From NCBI RefSeq assembly GCF_009914755.1, contig NC_060943.1: a DNA stretch of 64,000 nt; one strand, 5' to 3'. The DNA is from the human T2T-CHM13v2.0 reference genome, Homo sapiens. The notes under the pieces are model-generated. The model made no database searches. It was not told where the DNA came from and was given only the letters and a program-made list of their open reading frames with translations. The translations under genes and the position numbers were made by a program. Shown here one piece after another: positions 57,463 through 64,000 of the stretch (positions are counted from its first letter, which is position 1; each line of letters starts with the position of its first letter).

Positions 57463-58117
57463 CTGTACTATGTGATTCTTACTAACTCATTGAAGCTGTA
57501 AGCTAATGATTTTAAGATAAGGTTAGAAAACAAAAAACAAAAAAACTCCCAATGGTGAGCACAGTGGTTCATGCCTATAATCTCAGCACTTTGGGAGGCG
57601 AAGGCTGGAGGATTGCTTGAGCTCAGGGGTTCGAGACCACCCTGGGCAACATAGTAAGACCTTGTATCTATAAAAAAATAAAATTACAGCCTGGACAACA
57701 TAGCGAGACCTTGTCTCTATGAAAAATAGAAAAATTAGCCAGGTGTCGTGGTGCACACTTGTGGTCTCAGCTACTCTCTGGTTGAGGTGGGAGGATCACT
57801 TGAGCCCCAGGGGTTTGAGGCTGCAGTGAGCCAAAATCGAGCTACTGAACTCGAGCCTGGGCAACAAAAGTGAGACTGAAAAAAAAAAAAAAAAGAACTC
57901 CCAGAGAATTTCCTAAGAGGTAGTATAGCCCAATGGTTAAGAGTGTGGGAGCTGGTCTCAGATTGTGAAAATCTAAATTGCATCTACATATTGGCTGTGT
58001 CACCTCTAGCAGGTTACTTAATCTATCTCTGTGCCCAAGCCCCTTATCTGGAAAGTAGAGATAGCAAGTATCACCCTCCCAGGGCTGGTGTACTGCGGAG
58101 GTAAAAGAATCCACCTA

Positions 58118-58261
<144 letters not shown>

Positions 58262-58264
58262 CTA

Positions 58265-58531
<267 letters not shown>

Positions 58532-59125
58532 TCACCTCTTCCTGGAGTAGGAAGGGAGATGGAGGCCTGTCATTGAGTCTGACGTCAACAGTTATCACGC
58601 GTCAGCTGCTGAAGTGGGCACTTCCCTGGCTGGGTCACCCTGGGCCAATGACATTCTTCTTTCTGAGCCTCAGTTTTCTCAGCTGGAGAAGGGGATCCCT
58701 CTTGGGCTGGTGTGAAAACTAAACTAGATCGGAATGTACATGAGGTGGGGAAATAGACAGTTGGGGTGTTGGTCCAAGCAGGCTTGAGACCCAGCTCAGC
58801 CACTTGCTTCTGGGTGACCCTGGGCAGATGGCTTCACTCCATCAATCCCCGGCTTTGCCACCTATGAAATGGGTCTGGGGTGGGTAGGGGGCATCTCTCA
58901 GTGAAGAGAAAACTCAGGTTTGAGGGTCATGCGGAGCTGTGTGCTGTGCTGCTACCACTTCCTGGTGGGATGACCTCACTTCTCTAAGCCACAATTTCCC
59001 AATTTCCCTTTTTTTTTTTTTTTTTTTTTTTTTGAGACAGAGGCATGATCATAGCTCACTGCTGCCTTGAACTCCTGGGCTCAAGCGAAACTCCCACTTC
59101 AGCCTCCTGAGTAGTTGGGACCTAG

Positions 59126-59362
<237 letters not shown>

Positions 59363-60194
59363 TGAAATTTCTGTCTCTCCCTGTGTCTTTGTCTTTTTCT
59401 ATCTCTCTGTTTTGTTGTTTTCTTTGTCTCTGTCCCTCTTTCTCTCTCTCAATGCCTATCTCTCTCTCTCTCCAACTCTATCACTTTCTCTCTCTGTACC
59501 TCGATCTCTGTATCTGTTTGTCTCTCTCTTCATGTCTTTTTATCTCTGCTTCTCCCTTTTCTCTGTCTCTCCCCATGGCTCTCTTTCTCTTTCTGTGTCA
59601 TTGTTTCTGTTTCTCTTTCTGATTCTTTCTCTCTGTCTCTCCCTCAAGTGACACACACACACACCTGTAAGGTTCTGCTGACGTGTAAAGGGAAGGGAAA
59701 TGCAGGGATCAGGACCTGGACACTCTCCAGAAACACGGCAGGGATGTCGGCTCCTTCCTCCTCGTGACTCACCTGGGCCTCACCCAGCTCTTGCCTGCCT
59801 GCGGGATCATGGGTGAGGCCCATGGGTTTCGGGGGCTTCCCCAGCCTGTGGAGAGGAGAATTTCAGGCAGAGACAGAGAGGGTGATAGAGGAGGAGGCAA
59901 AGAGAGGGAGAGACAGAGAGAGAGAGAGAGAGCTGGGGATAGAGATGGAGGTGGGGAAACGAGGGAGAGGGAGAGAGAAGAGACCCACAGACAGACTGGC
60001 TCAGGGGAAATCTGAGATGGGGGTGTGGGGGGAGTGAGAGAGACAGAAAACAGCAACCGAAGAACAAGGACAGGGAGAAAGAAAAATGGGCAAGCAGGGA
60101 GAGAGAGAAGATAAGAGACTGACAGAGGAGTTAGAGAAAACAACACACAGTTGCCTTCAGAGAACACAAAATAGACACAGAGATACAGGGACAC

Positions 60195-60430
60195 TGTGTG
60201 TGTGCGTGTGTGCATGTGTGCGCGTGTGTGCATGCGTGTGCATGTGTGTGAGTGTACGTGCATGCGTGTGTGCGCACACATGTGTTTGTGTGCATGTGTG
60301 TGCATGTGTGTGTGCGCGCACGTGTTTGTGTGCCTGTGTGTGTGTGTGTGCATATGTGCATGTGTGAGTGTGTGTATGCATGCATGTGTGTGAGTGTGCC
60401 TGCATGCATGCGTGTGTGTGTGTGTGTGCA
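60195..60430. repeat. Alternating purine-pyrimidine (TG/TGCA/CG) tract
   Basis: Direct read. Confidence 0.9.
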
Positions 60431-60792
60431 CCTGTTTGGGGCTCCCTCATCCTCTTGCCACCTGCCATGATGAAGTGACTGCCCTCTGGCCTGGCCGCTG
60501 GGAAGGTCCTTCTCTGGTTGGGGAGGTGGGGGGGATGGGGGGTGGCTGAGCTGATGGTAGGGAAAGGGCCATCGCTCATAACCTCCCCTTTCTGGGACGC
60601 CTAACAGGCCACACTGATGTGGCTTTCAGATCCTGGCCTGGACACCTCTTAGATGTAGAGGACCTCTCCACTCAGGGCCTCCCTGGGGAGTGGAAGAGCT
60701 GGTAAACCCTTGAGTCCAATAACCCTCTTCCCCCGTTTTCCAGGCAGAGAAACTGAGGTCCAAAGGGAAGACTTTTTATTTTTTTGAGATAA

Positions 60793-61086
<294 letters not shown>

Positions 61087-61219
61087 TGAGTTTCTCCCCG
61101 TCTCAAGTTTATTGTGTTTGTGTTACAGTGGGTACTGTTTTGAGAGTATTATCTATATTATTGGTGAATCTGTAAATATCCTATTTCGTACACACACACG
61201 GAAACTGAGGATTAGAGAG

Positions 61220-61747
61220 GTGTGGTGGGCTGAGAGATGGTCCCCGAAAATATCCAGGTCCTAAGCCCTGGAGCCTATGGGTGTTACCTTAAAGGAAAAA
61301 AGGGTCTTTGCAGATATGATTAAGTTAAGGAACTTAATCAGGAACATTTTCCTAATTATCCAGATGGGCCCTAAGTGTAATCAGAAGTGCCCCTGGAGGA
61401 AGGAGGGACAGGGACATTTGACTGTAGACAGAAGAAAAGTAAGTCATGGGAGAGAAGCAGAGGAAAACAGGGTGGGAGACAGAAGGTATTTGCTGCGGGC
61501 TTTGATGATGGAGAAATGGCCAAGAACCAAGAAACGTAAGAAATGCAGCTCCTGCTGGAAAACGACAAGGAAATCACTCACCCCGGACATCTCTTGACCA
61601 GGGCACTGCTCTGCTGACACCTTGATTTTGATTACATGAGACACATTTTGTACTTCTGACCTCCAGTCTGTGAGAGAATAAATTTCTGTTGTTTTAAGCC
61701 ACTAGATCTAAGCTAATTTGTTACAGCAAAATAGGACACCAATACAA
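61220..61747 (+). mobile_element. MLT1D-like LTR
   Basis: tgtggtgggctga...ctttgcagatatgattaagttaagga...aataaatttctgttgttttaagccact...aataca. Confidence 0.7.
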
Positions 61748-61902
61748 GAGGTTAACTCACTTGCCTAAATTGAGCTGATATTTTTTATTTTTTGAGACAC
61801 GGTCTTGCTCTGTTGCCTAGGCTGGAGTGCAACGGCAGGATCATAGCTGATTGCGGCCTCCAGTTCCTGGCCTCAAGTGATCCTCCTGCCTCAGCCTCCT
61901 GA

Positions 61903-62264
<362 letters not shown>

Positions 62265-62615
62265 TGATTGAATTTTTTTTTTTAATAGAGACGGCGGGGG
62301 AGGGTGGGGGGGGGTCTCACTATGTTGCCCAGGCTGGTCTTGAACTCGTGGCCTCCATCATTCCTCCAGTGTTGGCCTCCCAAAGTGTTGGAATTAATAG
62401 GCCTGAACTACCACATCTGGCTTCTAAACTGACTTGTTAGGCCAGGTGTGGTGCCTCATGCTTGTAATCCCAGAACTTTGGGAGGCCGAGGCGGAAGGAT
62501 CACTTGAGGTCAGGATTTCAAGATCAGCCTGGCCGACATGGTGAAACCCCGTCTCTACTTAAAAAAAATATAAAAATTAGCCTGGTATGGTGGCAGGTGC
62601 CTGTAATCCCAGCTA

Positions 62616-62871
<256 letters not shown>

Positions 62872-63157
62872 CTAGGAGCTATTAATAGAAGTTTCATCCT
62901 GTTCTCTCCCAGCTCCCGCCTCTTTCCATCTCATCCTTCAGCAGCCTTCTTTGCTATGCCTCTCTCTGGCTTCATGGTATTAGGGGTGACTTGGAAAGAA
63001 GCAGGGACCAGAGGAATAATATTCACTGAGTTTGTGTAAAGAAAAAAGCTTTCCTTGCCTCTAGCACCTTGCAGCTCTTTTATTCCACCGCCTAGATGCA
63101 ACAGCAGAAATCATCTTTGCAATTCAAGGCCTAATATTCTGAATATATAAGGAGCTC

Positions 63158-63931
<774 letters not shown>

Positions 63932-64000
63932 AGCTTCTATGAATCAATTGGGTGGAGCACAGTGGCTCACGCCTGTAATCCCAGCACTTTGGGAGGCCAA

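Noticed and set aside
59769-60579. His/Thr-rich and Cys/Val-rich ORFs
   Set aside because: Translations of the (TG/CA)n tract.

Overview
Human genomic DNA, recognised as chr19q13.31, with very dense Alu content. All genes are on the minus strand. The window holds the CpG-island promoter and non-coding first exon of a gene running off the left edge (ZNF428, assigned from known gene order only). CADM4 (Necl-4) is complete: 9 coding exons, 1167 nt, 388 aa, ATG 23449, stop 6989. PLAUR (uPAR/CD87) is also complete: 7 coding exons, 1008 nt, 335 aa, ATG 54276, stop 32552, plus alternative terminal exon 7b (30119-30210) giving a 281-aa GPI-less isoform. All exon boundaries were read by hand; they have GT/AG ends and consistent phases. 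Other features are an RN7SL pseudogene, MADE1, MER33-like and hAT elements, MaLR LTRs, a TSD-flanked solo LTR, MSR1 minisatellites and microsatellites. No new protein-coding gene or prokaryote-type system is supported. The most notable unexplained structures are: (1) a decayed 43-bp tandem array whose consensus is a ZNF143/Staf site, upstream of CADM4; (2) a 136-bp inverted templated duplication in the PLAUR promoter; (3) a GC-box minisatellite next to an AP-1 site in PLAUR intron 1; (4) a PLAUR 3' end built from retroelements; (5) an octamer cluster in the left promoter; (6) a 488-bp Alu-bounded segment in PLAUR intron 2 that may be a structural variant.
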